DNA of 60,000 nt, taken from Lytechinus pictus. Its lineage: Eukaryota. The stretch spans positions 8,372,001 through 8,432,000 of the forward strand of contig NC_087245.1 in assembly GCF_037042905.1 (NCBI RefSeq), in the 5' to 3' direction. The position numbers and the translations under genes are program-made. The notes beneath the pieces are model-generated. The model saw nothing but the letters and a program-made list of their open reading frames with translations. It ran no database searches and was not told the DNA's origin. Numbering within the stretch: position 1 is the first letter of the stretch; the number at the start of each line of letters is the position of its first letter. Shown piece by piece: positions 34,593-48,700 of the stretch.

Positions 34593-37500
34593 ATGGACCA
34601 AAGGTAAGTAGTAGTTGAGTAACAAGATACTTTACTTTGAAGAAAAGTATATTTCCAATCAAGAGGGACAATACAATGCATCAGTATACCACTGATAATA
34701 ATTTTCATACAGTGCGTAATTAGTTTCGTTGTAATATTGTGTGCAAATGATCTTCAATTCATGTTCGTCACCTTGTACACCTACCCCAACATTAAATTTT
34801 CTAATTTGCTATCAATTTTCAATTGCAAATTTACAGTTGATAGATCTGTGCCAATGAATAACAATAAGATATTTCAATAGATTTATATCTGTCTTTGAAT
34901 TATACCTTTTTAAGAAGCACTTGTAGTTCCATTAGCCCTACAAACAGATTAAAAAACCTTCTTAACACATAGATTATTTATGTAGCATTATGCGTCTCGA
35001 AGAACTATTATTTTAATTAATATAAAAGATATAATAAATTGGACATTTGAGTGTTACTGCATGAAATCAATTGTATTTCTATTTAAAGGTCGCATGAAAT
35101 CGATTTTATTTCTATTCAAAGGTTAATTCAACCAAAACTACGTGAACTAAAAGTTGGATTATGTGCAAATGAGAAATTGATGTCACACACTTACTATGTC
35201 TTTTGTATTTTATTTCATGAAATGTATAGAATATTCCAAATTCTAAATATTCATCATTATATGTAATAAATTACGAGATAGATACCGAGTTGGTGAAGCA
35301 ATCAGTTCTCTCATTGCATAAGGACCAGCATTGATATATACTATAACTCTGTAGGGAAATGAAATGTGACATTTTCCTTATCTTAACAAGCATCACATTT
35401 TTTGTTTATTCTTCATCGATGTTTATGAAAAATATATTATTATTATTGTTTTCATTATCAATATCATTATCATTATTATTACGTATTTATTGTAAAACTT
35501 AAAAAAAAAAAATCGAAATGAGAGCACCGGTGTTATTATACTCATAGCACATTTTGTGTGTAAACTTTATATCAATCATTGAATTATGTTATTACTTACA
35601 GTGAATTTCCGAGGAGCGGTCAGCGGCAGGCACCCTCCACCCCTCCCAAGCGAGAGGCTTGGAGCCCCACCTTCGATGGCCCTCCATCTCACCAATATAC
35701 CAACGAGAGGAGGGATGGTGGAGTCTACCGGCCATCGTCTTCGATATCAGGTCGCGATCTACGGGTTCATCCTGTTGACGACCGTGGCAGGTTGATTGAT
35801 CCGGAGGAACAGGAAGAGCAAGGGGTGAGAAGAAGACGAAGAAGAAGGACCAAAGGAGGGGATAAATGGTTTTGCTGTGTATGTGGTAGCGTCATCACCA
35901 TCTTGATCATCACCATCATCGTGGTTGCCGTAATAGTCTTATGGGTAGTGACAGGTATGATCTATTTTAAGACATTTGATTGTAACTGTCTCCCCTTCGG
36001 TTTCCTTCTTTTTCTCACTCCGCGTCTCTAGGCTTTAAGTAATTTCAGATATAAAGAAAATGGTACCTTTTCAACTGGACGTCATTATGTATGCCTCTCG
36101 CCGCCCATTTGCATGTTTTGACAGACCATGATTTGACTCCGTAATTTGATTGTTTTAACACCATATACTGTCATCTGTATCTCATGTGCTATACCTGCTT
36201 TCCTCTTTTTCCCTCTCCCCTCCCTCCTCTCTTCTCCTTTTCTTTCTTTCTTTCTCTCTTTCTTTTTTCTTTCTTCCTTTCCTTCTTCCTTTCTTTCTTC
36301 CTTTCTTTCTTTCTTTCTGTCTTTCTTTCATTTCTCTCCCCCCCCTCTCTCTCTCTCTCTCTCTCTATAAAGATGAATCAACATTGATGGTATGTTATTC
36401 CAAATAAGAACTAATATCACATATTTACAAAAGTTGCTAGGTATGACACCAGTCTTTCCTGACTGTTGAGTTGACTAGTATTTGCTTAGAGGATTTAGAC
36501 ATGTCGGACAATGGGAATGAATAAACGTTCATTCTGCTGAGAGTATTCATGACTTGTAATGAGTGGCTTATCGATCCACGAGTGTTAGATAAAGCCAAGT
36601 AGTCAACATTACCCTAAAGATATGAAAACATTTATTTTATCTGTAGTCAAAGAGGCCTTTTCTTGGGTGATCTATCTCTCAATAGTTTAACATACATTCT
36701 AAAAACAATGAGTAAAATTTTACCTAATATTGGGTAGAAAGGGAACATGGATGTTTGCTGGGTATTTTGTTTTTACCCCATATTGGGCTAAATGTATGTT
36801 TTAAGGGTAAATTTCAACGCAACATTGCGTAAAATTTACAAAATATTTGGAATCTTTTTTTACCCAACCAACTTGCATGTTCCCATTTTACCCAATATTG
36901 GGGAAAACTTTTGTTAGAGTGTAGAACATACAAAGCAGCAATCATTTGACCACAAGGAAAACATACACCTATGAAAATTCTATTAATGAAAACCAACTCG
37001 GTTCATGACAAATGCAACATACCTACAGGCTTTACACACCTATAACCTATCCTCTGAACACATTATAAGCTCAATTAAATAAACAAATGATTATAAGCCC
37101 CAGGATTAAATAATACATAATAATGTATGGATAAAACTATGATTAATTCATGTAATATGTTTGATGACTTTCTGAAATTTTGTTAATTACAAAATCAAGA
37201 TTGAAGATTAAAAGTGGACCATGCACAGAATAAAGCCACGTGATATTTACATTTTTGTTGTTTCTGCATTTAATACTAATATTTACCATGCTTGCGATCA
37301 ATACACAGACCTGATAAATACTGGTGGCACGAATAGGTCAGAAAATGGCGCCATAATAACACTGCCTGCTTAACAGATGTAGAAGAAATAAAAATTCCGA
37401 AAGATAGCAAGAATGAATAGATGATATTTTGTTGTTGTTTACATTTATTTTTTAACAGATTTCCAGTTTGGTTCATCAGATTCCTCCGTCACATCAACTA

Positions 37501-37712
37501 CAGCTGTGGCAGCATCATCTACAACAACTACCATACCCACCACAGTGGATACAACAATGACGACAAATGAAGAGGTTACTGCAGAAATGGTAACATTTGA
37601 CATGACAACCACCGATTCAATGACGAGTCAAACTAGTGAGGCGTGGGCTACCGCGGATGAACATACGTCAGCAGCATTCGAATCTACGACAGCAGAATCT
37701 GTAACAAATTAA
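34593..37712 (+). CDS. Gene B: ~205-aa type II membrane mini-mucin (cytoplasmic tail, TM, Thr-rich ectodomain)
   Basis: Exons 34593-34603 (MDQS, AG|gtaagt), 35602-35954 and 37459-37712; 618 nt in total; phases 2 and 1 are consistent; overlaps track ORFs 35579..36031 and 37506..37712. Confidence 0.8.
35602..35954 (+). CDS. Gene B exon 2: cytoplasmic tail, poly-Arg and TM (WFCCVCGSVITILIITIIVVAVIVLWVVT)
   Basis: cttacag acceptor, G|gtatga donor, 353 nt. Confidence 0.85.
36695..36921. mobile_element. Degenerate MITE related to 30706-30963
   Basis: CATTCTAAAAA...TTAGAGTG ends with internal ttttacccaatattggg repeats. Confidence 0.55.
37459..37712 (+). CDS. Gene B terminal exon: Thr/Ser-rich stalk ending in TAA
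   Basis: tttttaacag acceptor, phase 1; DFQFGSSDSSVTSTTAVAASSTTTTIPTTVDTT...ESVTN*. Confidence 0.78.
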
Positions 37713-38999
37713 TCAAACTTGAGATGGACATTTTTAGAAGAGTTATCAAACATTCCTTAACTAAAAGACGCGCGATATGTAATTTTGGATTTTTGAACTT
37801 TCTATATACAAAGCGAATTGAATAACTCATCATCCGAATAGAGGGATAGATGCAAGCAGTTAAGCAAACAAAGCAAGGAATATTGTTGGCATTGATATTC
37901 AACAATTATCCAGCTCAGTTGTAGCAACAGGATACGCTTAAGTTTTATCTATCAAATAAGCTTGCATGATCAGTGCCAATTTGTCTTTTAAATACAGGAG
38001 CCGAGTCTGAGCGCATATCTTAAGAGTTTGAGATGATTATTTTAAACACTGTTAAGACATCTTCAATCAAAGTTTTCAATTTTTTTTTGTATTTTCAGAG
38101 ACACACCACGATTTAACAGTAGAGCATACAGAGAATACATCTCCATGATGAAACGATGAGTTCCTCCGGGACTCGCATATCGAAACGATAGATCATGTTC
38201 AAATGCCAAGAACACTTTGATCATTGACTGATTTCCCTTAATCTGAAGTACAAGGTAACGAAATGAAATCTGGTAGACCAAAATAAATATGTGGTGGTAT
38301 CATTTGGAACTACAACACAAATATTCGAAAGAATACTCTATTTATTAAAAGAATAAAGACCCGGATTATTCATCTATAAGGCTGAAATATAGAGACGACC
38401 AAAACATAAAAAAGAAAGAAGAAGTAACCAATGAAGAAATAACAAAATAGATAAATAAGTGAATAAATAAATGAATAAATAAATGAATAATGAATAAATC
38501 AAGAAATTAAGATAGGAGATTTAGAAAAATTCAATTTGGCAGCATCGGTAATTTCAATTAAAGGATTCATAATGTACATAATATCTATCTTTCTCTCATG
38601 GGATTAATTTACTCATTTATGTTCATAGTGTGCCCCTTTCCCAATCGTTAACTTTGGTTTGATGTATTATTCAAGACCCATTGTAAGAAAACATTTGTTG
38701 CAAATTTGGATATAAATTCTGGTGAACGTCGTGTATAGTGAATATTTTAACCAATTTCTTAACAGAAATAAATGTGCTGTGTTCTGTTGTGTGTCAGCAA
38801 TTCCGTCCTCTTTATTCATCCCACCCACATACACGCAGTGGAAACAGCGTGTTCTTTTTTAGAATTTCCAATTTGTGCTGTACACTAAACTGAAAGAAGA
38901 ACGAGAATTTTGTTTTATCAAGCTTCATCGGTCAAAAATGCAAAAAATACTTCTGTATGATCTCCCCTGAAACATGTTAGAGTTGAGGTGTAGTATAAC

Positions 39000-39011
39000 C
39001 ATGGACCTATG
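39000..39011. mobile_element. 12-bp micro-insert with a 7-bp TSD
   Basis: GTATAAC|CATGGACCTATG|GTATAAC. Confidence 0.65.
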
Positions 39012-42000
39012 GTATAACATTTCTTTGGAAGACAGGTAACCTAACCAATGATACGGGAATGTTCCGGTTCCATCAATACCCCTCCCCATACAGATTAAAA
39101 CAATCATATATTCATCTGTCATTGGTTATACAGTTGCAAGCAAAATTATTGCATTGGAAGTTGCTTTATGTGTGAAAGTTGCAATGTCGGATATACTATG
39201 AAAAATCACAACTTAATTGCCCTGACGTTCATACGTAATATTTTCGCCATCTAGCAATTTTATTCATTATTATGAATTTCCAGAATGCGAGGGGTCAAGG
39301 AGAGAGGGTTGAGCAATTTTGGAATGGACTTGTAGGTACATGATTGATATTTCATTGAATGTGTACATAAGTTTATACAGCGCATAAACGTTGAGGTGCC
39401 ATATTTTGTTTTATTCATTCTCTTAAAATTGATGATCATTTGAAGTAAAACGTAACTTTGATACAAGATTTTTTTTTCTTATATATATGATAGTATAACA
39501 GAATAATATTATTTATTGTGGAAGCTCGTGTATGAAGCAATTCATAAAAAGTGAATTGTTATAATTACCTTTTCTTTCTTTTATTTTGATAATGCATTCC
39601 AGTTGACGTCCTCTTGAAAAATTAATTTATATGCAAACTTGTTTTTTATAATGGCTTTGAAAATGTATGAAAAGCATGTATATATTTATGAGAAATTTGT
39701 AAATAAACTATATTCCTTTGATGTAGAATTAGTGCTCAAGAAGTCTGTTTTATCTTGAGAACATGTACTGGGAATATAAACTGATAAAGAATGTGGAATA
39801 TTAGGTCTCAAGCGAACTTTTTGATGGGAGTACATAGACTGATAGAGAAATAATACAAATAGCAGGGATAAAGAGATAAAAATTTCAAGAAATATGTGAA
39901 CGAGAATGGGGGAGATAGAATCGAAGACATGTCGGCCTATGTTTTATGTCTCTTATATGCATGTTTTTATATCAAATGACAATATAAAAAACAACAATGT
40001 GGAGGGGGAAACGGTAGCGAAAAATAAAGATTAAAGTAAATGATCATGTAAGAAAGTAGAAAAGAAATACGAAGGAAGGAAGACAGTAAATAAATAAGTA
40101 AAACAAAAACATATACCAAGGCATAGAAGAGCAAGATGGAGAATAATATAATGAAGAAGAATGGATATTGAAATTTATATAGGATGGTAACTAAAAATAT
40201 ATTTTAGTTCTGTCTTCTGAACTTCTATTTATATAAAACTGAGGTCATAAGTAGTGGATTAAAAAAGATAGCCAATGCTACACACATCAGTTTCTACTGA
40301 TTCAATTCATCATATTTGAAAAATTATCTAATTGTACATATTATTAATACTGTCATCATTTGAATATTATTTTGATTATCATTATTTTTTATTGTTATTA
40401 TTATTATTGCTATTATTATTATCATTATTATTACTGTTATTATTAATTTTATCATCATTGTTACCTTTATCATCATTATTATCAAAACATATGGAGAAGA
40501 ACAAAATAAACATAAGAAACGTGCAGTGAAAACAAACTTTATTTTTACAATTTCAGCCTTCCATGATTTTAGCGCAAACGTGGTTACAGACGATCCGGAA
40601 TACAGGGCACAAAGATGGGGGAGGTAGCATCTCGTTGTCATGTGATTACGCTGTTTGTTTGGCGGCTGTAGAGACAGCAAAAGTACTGAACAAATAAATG
40701 TATTCAGATTTACATGCATTTCAATAAGGCTTAATCGAGGTCCTCCCTCATCTGAGAATCCTCACGATGTTTGCCTGGTTACGAAAGACATTGAATCCCC
40801 CTAAAATAACGAAATCTTACCAGTGCTACGAGTGTTACAAAATTGGTTTACAGCACAATAACCTTGCTGAGTAGGAGAGATAAAAAGAGCAAATATCACA
40901 AGTCATAAAGAGAGCAACAATAATGGAAGTAGAAAACGGAAAATCGCCGAAAGTCAATATACAACAGAACAGGCAAAATAACAATATATGCCGATTCATT
41001 GGTCTGTGTGTGTCGGTATAAGAGGTGGAGGGAGGGGGGGGGGGGTGGGGTGGGGAGGGCTCGACATGATTATTATTATGATCTCCCCGGCTATTTCAAA
41101 TATCACAATTTTATCATTCGGGAAGAAAATATATTTGCTATAGGAAATCGATCAGATAATAATTACAGCTGATTTTTAAAGAAATCAAATTTGATGGATA
41201 CGAAATGTCCACCGTTTTTTGACTGATGACCGTTCTATTACTTTTGGGGGCTTGTTATTAAATTGTCTTATTCGGTCACAACGGTTCCTCGCATATTCTA
41301 AAGGATAAATGCAACATACCCCAATCAGTGGTGCTTATAGTAGCAGGCTGAAGTGAAGTGAACAGAGTAACCTCTCTTCACTTCATCCTGCTACTACTCA
41401 AACCATCGCTACTCAAGCCATATTCAGCTCATCTCATCTGGTTTACAGTCCTTTTCAGGACTTCACTCACTTTCAAGAAAAGAATACATGTAATTTCCTC
41501 TTTTGCATCCTTTCTTGTCTTTCCATTTCAATTTTCTGCCTGCATTTCCATCCCCTTCTTCATACTACACATGGTGAACAGTAAACCTTCTCCACATTAA
41601 AAAAAATTACACTTTGAAAAAGTCCTGGAAATTGAAAAAGAAACATGGGGATAGTTTTAACGTATATTCTTGGGCTTGGGTCTCATCTATCAAATTAATG
41701 AAAGTAAAAATCTTTTAAAAATTTTACACTTGAGTGAGCATTGTCCATTTTTGTTAAGCTCGCAGAAATTGGTTTGCGCAGGTATGCACATTTTCACGCC
41801 GTGTCAAAAATAATAGGCGAAAACAAACTGACCGTGCCGAGCATCTCTCATACATTTATCATAATTTTTAGCCAATTGAAATAAAACAAATACATTTAAA
41901 CATATTGTAACAACTTTGTCACCCAAATTAACATTTTAACCCTAGATAAGCTTATAAGTTTATTTCTCTCATCTCCAACATTCTTTCACTAACTTGTCAT

Positions 42001-43449
42001 CATTTAAAGTGGGGTTATATATTCCATGTATATATATTCATATTCCATTTATTACTTGTTTCTCCACACTTTTCCCAAACTTGACAATGATTAACAAAAC
42101 GAAAATCAAGCCTTGGCCGTTTCATGTGAATCACAGCTCCGTGTAAAGCAGATATCATCACGATGGCCTCGTCAGTGGGGGGGGGGGGGGGGCGCAATTG
42201 GGCTCTATGAAGTGTTTTGGGCAAGAAAATAAGTTAGAAAAGTAAAAGATATCTTCAAATCAATCTTCCTAGCTAAAGTCCATGTGTTCTTCACACTGTC
42301 TACTTTTATTCATATAAATATTTCAAAGTTCTGCGCAAATCATTTTTCACGAACTTTTCAAAAGTAAGTGGTTCTCACTCAAGCGGAAAGATTTTTCGAC
42401 AGTCATATCGTCTTTTGCTTAAAAAGATCTGTACAAATGTTTAAACGTGGGAAAAACTTCAGGATATTACAAAATACAAATACATAGTTTACAGGATCAT
42501 TTGTTATCAAATGGATGTAATCAGACATTGGAGATTCTATTTTTTTTCTCATTTTATTTTTTTAACTACGGGGTGAATTTTATGAAATTCGGCGTAGTAA
42601 TGTTTATAAAATATTTGATATTTTTGAGAAGCTGTGTTTTTGGTAATGGTATTAGACCAAACGGAATTAAACGATATGGTCATTGGACGAAATGGCATTG
42701 GACGAAGAGACCAACTGCTATGACCTCTTAGTGGTAATTTATATTTTTAATGCAAAGAATGAGTACTGATAATTGAGCCAATGATCCCTGAGGTTGCCAA
42801 CATTTGCCGTCAATGTCCTACAAATTCTGCAACATTTCACCGAAATGTGCAGTTACCAAAATGTGCCGTTACAATAGTTACGGCACATTTCGATATATTG
42901 CAAATTTTTGGTAATTTACCAAAAATGTGTAATTTTCCAAAATGTGCCGTAAAACACATGCATCAGCTGCAGAAAACGAACATAATTTACAATTGTGATC
43001 AGAAGATTGGTAGCACTGGGGTAAAGTCTGAATTCTAAATCTCTAACATGACTCCTAAAAGAGATCAATAATACTTGATCATCCTTAAGTCCAAGTTACA
43101 TTCAAAGTTATGATAAAATATCTTCGGTTAATATGTCAATGCTTTAATGACGACGCCGCCATCAGAAAAGCGGCGTGCCGCCTCTATCTCACTTCTGCCA
43201 CGCAGGCGAGTCTCCTTGTATAGTCTTCAAGAGTGTTGAGAGTTGAGACATGATCAGTCAAAAGCTCACTAACTTTTTTTCTCAGGATTTAGATTCATTT
43301 CTTTTCAGTCAACAAAATACAAACAAAATTATAAAGTCAAATCTTTACAGAATTTTCGCACATAGAATTTCAATAATTTAATAAAAAGTGAAAAATCAGG
43401 GAATGAAATTTAAAAAGTAGCAATTTGATAATGAGGTTGTATATTTTAC

Positions 43450-43895
43450 CAATTATACTGCAGATTTCTAAAACACAGAATATAATCTCATCTTACACTG
43501 CAAGATTGCTAGAACATGGAATATAATCTCAATTTATACTGCAAGATTACTAGAACACGAATATATCAACTTACATTGCAACATTGCTAGAACACGAATA
43601 ATCTCAACCTATATACTGCAATATTGCTAGAACACGAATATAATCTCAACTTATACGATTTCTTAGAATACAAAATAATCTCAACTTACATTGCCTAATT
43701 GCTAGAACACAGAATATAGTTTCAACCTATATATTGCAAGATTAGAACACAGAATATAACTCAACGTATATGATAATATTACTGGAACACTAATATAATC
43801 ACAAATTACACTACAAAATTCCTAAAACACAATATATAACTCAACGTATATTGTAAAGTTAATAGAAAAAGAATATAATCTCAACTTATATTGAG
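43450..43895. repeat. Degenerate ~42-bp tandem repeat downstream of the gene C stop
   Basis: tgctagaacacgaatataatctcaacttatactgcaa-type unit, ~10 copies. Confidence 0.85.
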
Positions 43896-44002
43896 GGAAT
43901 ACAATATATATATATACATATCCTATATTCACAAAGTCCAAATTTATTAGATTTTCAAACTCTCACAATCCCCTTATCGATTATCAATGCTTTCAATACA
44001 GC

Positions 44003-44139
44003 TTACTGGTCGACTTTTAAGCAAACTGCATAAGCGGAGTCGTTCTCACAGTTCGCTCCTCTGAACTGGTACCTGAAGTGTCCATCTACGTGAGACATTT
44101 TCATCTGGAGACATCTTTCTTCGATGTTAGAAATCGTCA
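44003..44139 (-). CDS. Gene C CTLD C-terminal exon (VTISNIEERCLQMKMSHVDGHFRYQFRGANCENDSAYAVCLKVDQ*)
   Basis: C...C-x7-VC ending typical of C-type lectin folds; cattag acceptor. Confidence 0.75.
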
Positions 44140-45692
44140 CTAATGCAGGAAAAGACACGAAACGAAGAAGCAAATATGAAAGTGTTGAGTATAATTATAT
44201 CATTAAAAATCTATTTGAACTGTTTTAAATTTCGATCTCAAAAGATACAAAAGAAACAGAAAAACTGCAATAAGTTTAACGGTGTTAGAACTTTGGAATT
44301 CAGAATAATGGCGGTAAAAGACATTGATGATATAAATGTCTCAGACACATCGGGTAAATCGACTTGTTCAATTACAATCATTACCTCCTCGGTCGGATTG
44401 GGGTCAATTTCGTTTGTGCAACTTTACGTGCCAGACCGTTTACTTTTGAATTTTATAGCCGATATTGATGACATGCTTCTTCGATTTCCTACTCATCATA
44501 CTTATCCATAATGGCTTGATGCTGGGTGAATAGGGACAGCCTCGTTCAAAGCACATACCCTAATATCATGATATATAATTCAGATCATTCAATTATCATG
44601 TGTATACCTATGTTGTTACTAAACATCGAGTAACACATCTCCAGCAGGCTCGGATCGACGTTTCCAACATCGGCAAAACAGTCCCAATTCGTAATCATCT
44701 TCATCATTTCAAGAATTGTGTAAGTGGTCCCATTAACAAGATCGTGGTTAGGATACTGACAATGAAGCCACAACCAGATGTAATCTCTATCACTATCCCC
44801 CATGGCGCAGGTTTCGGGCAATGCATCGACAATGGTTTGCAACATTCTTTCACTAGTAGGAAAGAAGGGCCTCATATCGTCACGGTATTCATTTGCACAC
44901 ATGCGGTCGGCTTTTTTCTTGGTTACATTCCAACACGATATGAACATTTCAAGGCCGCCTTTCTCATGTAATAAATAAGAGTGAGAAAAATATAAATATT
45001 TAAGGTATATACATACACACACACCCTCACACACACACACTCTCCCACACACACACATATATATATATTAGCAAATAAACACTGAAGAAGGCCGGGTGCC
45101 GAAGTCATTACAACTATATAGTGTAACTCGCTTATGGCAGGGGTAGATATTGGTCTTATCATTTATATACATGGCCAAAACCCCTTTCATTCCCCTGCCA
45201 AGTCCCCCCTCCCCACACACACTTCCAAGAAGAAAAGAAATGGGACAAGATAGCATGACAAAAAACGAAGAAGAGGAATTGTGACTTTTCTTAGTAAAAT
45301 TTGTGATTTGGGTTTATTTACAGATTGACGCATTATTTAGGAGATATTCTTGAATTCCTTATTTTGTCTGTGAATCCATGGCTATTCATAATTCCTTGAT
45401 TCAAACCTCATTATATTAGTATACTGAAAGAGATTTTGATGGTAATAATTGATTGACACATACCTGGATCATCTCTGTCGTACCAATAGTCTCCACTGGA
45501 GTATAAATAATCTAAATCTAGATAGTAAATACATAACCAGAATAGACATTGCGATTAAAAAAAAAAATCGATTACATATTTTCATAGGGCCTAGATCGTC
45601 AAGGTGAACATCAATGCGGATGTAAAATAAATACAAAAAGTACTAAATTGAATAATTAACAATAAAACAAATTTCATATTTCTCTGTATGAA

Positions 45693-45751
<59 letters not shown>

Positions 45752-48700
45752 CTTTTTACCTGCATGAATTGACTTACCAGAGAACGAATCTTTCTCTTGT
45801 CCAAAGGAAGATGTAGTTGTTGGCATATCTATTCCGAGAAAGTTTGAGAATAGATTCAAATAAATATAAATAATTTGCATAATCTTCATGATTTGGTGGA
45901 AAACTTTTGAGAAAAAATGATGTAAATCGTTATGCTATTGATAAGGAGAGGAGAGAATAGGACCTCCTCGTGAAAATCTTACGATAATTTCGCCTAATGT
46001 TTCAGTGTAAATAAGCGTTGACCATGTTGACTGTGGCATTATATATGCTTGGAACGGTCAACTTATCACGACGAAATTCTGCCTCTCCCTCTTTCATACA
46101 GTTTTCTTACCTGTTGTAGACATTATTTCAGTTGTTGTGACATCCTGTTGTTCGAGAATCCGAGTAGTCTCTATATTCAAGATGAATTAAAAAAAGGACG
46201 AATGAGTGTTTCAACCGAATTAACATTAAAGGAATTAGCAAATTGGGAAATACTGAAACTATACCGTATAACTATACGTCAAATGCGTTTTAGGAAATTG
46301 CTAGTCGGGTGTTCTATTCGACAAAGTTTGTTTTATCTGACAGTTACAATAGTAACATTCAGACATAAGCGCTTCTCAGCGCAATAAAAAATATTGAAAG
46401 TTGTCAGATCTGTTAACCTTTCATATGATCATGTTGATGGAACGCTGTCAAGATGGCAGAGTTCTATAGAAATATTTTGCCAAATCACATATAGCACATG
46501 ATGAATACCAAATTTTATATTGTCCTTTACATCGGGTTTCTATAATTATGTTTTTTACCATTTGTTGCACGTTTACTTTAGGACTGGTAATTCAAAAATC
46601 GCATCTTATAATTATCATATTTACCATAAATAGATTTCACACCCATGCCTTGCATGCCGTCGGTGTAATTTCCTCCTGTTGTGCCATTTCCTTTAATAAC
46701 GTAATATTACAAAATTAAATTATATATTTAGCCTTATGTCATCACAATACACGGTGAATTCCTGGAAGTATGCAAGGTGATTTTTTTTTAATATTTAGAT
46801 ATAAATTCCCCACGAATGGGTTGACACCCCCCCCAAAAAAAAACACACAAACAGGTCGAGTTTAATCATTTAGGAAAAATCAATCCCAAAGTACTAAACA
46901 TGCATAAAGTGAATAGGAATGCAGATCATTCTGAACGGTGTAAAATGAATGAAGTACATGGAGAATATCTATTTATTAATTATTTTATTTGTTCATTATT
47001 GTTATAATTTTTTTTTTTTTTTTTTTTTTTTGGGGGGGGGATATTTTGCCTTGCCAATTTTCCTCTAAAATTAACTATCATCATCTTAGTGAGTGACGAT
47101 AAAAGTTATGTGTAGTAAACAGGTGAAGAGGGGTGTTTCGTTGAATATTATCAGTATATGAAAATATGATTAAGACTCACTTTTTTCACAATAATCTCCC
47201 GAGTACCCAGGCTGACAATGACAGGTGAATCCGATGAAAATCTCCTCACACCAACCATGCTTACAAGGCTTTTTCAAACAGTCTATGAAACAATGTTATA
47301 ACATCGCAACATCAATAGCACCGTAAAGAAATTCAAAATGGTAATTTACATTATAATGTAGACAGATCGATGCATGTTTAATACCCAAATTCTTAAGCTG
47401 TAAAACACATCGAGTTCATCAAGCGAAATATTGGATGTTAATTGCGGACAGAACTGTTCGAAATCTCATGCCGTATTCAAGGTACACCACACACCGTCTT
47501 TGTCTTTGAAAGCTTTGAAAATTTTTATGAAAACCCAACAAAGAATTAATAACGGGAGTTTTCATTAAATGTTTACCAAGAATTCTCTAAGACTAGTTTG
47601 CTCTGCAGATGCAAAGATTTACAGTAACACATTTGTCACCGTCTATCAGTTTTCAGAGTTTTGGATTTTTGTCACGCAATAAGAGAGCAGGTCCTCTCTG
47701 ACATCACCCAAGTGTCGTTTATGATTGGTATATGATTGCTGATAAGTAATTTTAATTGATTTTCCTCACTTAAATCGTGTATGAATGATGTCCCTGGTTT
47801 AATGTCGAATATGGTCATAAAATACACAAATATATATTTTTTAAATCAAGGACTTTTTACATATAGTTAAAATAATGGGAGTGCTTCTCGGATGCGACAG
47901 CACAAACTTAGATTTTCCCAGAACATTCCTTAGCATTTTACTCTTCTTTTATGTTTCAATCGATACCAATTTCACTTATGTTTTATCATTTATTTGCAGT
48001 ATACTCCAGACACACACGTTCATAAGAATAACAGAAATATAATAGATTATGCCTGTACCTGGCACACGGCATGTTCGGCGGCCCTGTAGTATATCAGCAT
48101 GTTGCCTTTCATGGCAATTCTTAGTGGCTGAACTAGGAAGAAGCTTCGGAATCGTCTGTACTTCACGGCCATTCATCATCTTTACATTACATTGCTCGAA
48201 TAATGGTAGCGTGTAATTAAGGTCGTATCCGTCGGAGCAAAGAGAAGAGACTATATGCCAACCAGAAAAAGAGATGATCTCAATAAACAATTTAAAATAA
48301 TTCGACATAGAGGTATTTTTATCCCCACCTTTCTTTAAATATTATTTTCTGAGGCACAAGATAATATCACCGGCACTATAACTCCAGCTTCCCCGGCTTA
48401 GTGCATATTCAAGGATTTAATTCATCTGACATGCATGGGTGGAGTATGAAGTCTTGATGATGTAACGTTACTTTAACAGCTTTAACAGTATAATGTCAAC
48501 TGATTGACTGCACCTATAATTCTGATTATAATTTCAAACATAATTATGTACTTTGAAAACGATTGATGGCTTTAAAAAAGCACATGCCTAATGTCTAAAC
48601 AGTCTAATGAACAGATCAATATGTTGGTGGGGAAAAACAACACTCGCATTTTATTATTGCAAAAATGAAACGTTGTCGTGTGTAGGGCATCACTTTAAGA

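Noticed and set aside
36373..36389. Possible 17-nt micro-exon in gene B after a long pyrimidine tract
   Set aside because: Its length breaks the reading frame between the phase-1 flanking exons
43450..43895. CRISPR-like regularly spaced repeats
   Set aside because: Eukaryotic context, contiguous degenerate units without unique spacers, and no cas genes
44385..44559. Exon-like segment inside gene C (GMCFERGCPYSPSIKPLWIS...)
   Set aside because: Stops in all frames, and the implied upstream intron would be under 50 nt; 44608 joins 44139 in frame without it
45068..45256. Cys-containing ORF ending ...SSVFIC
   Set aside because: No phase-compatible acceptor; the gene C chain is complete without it
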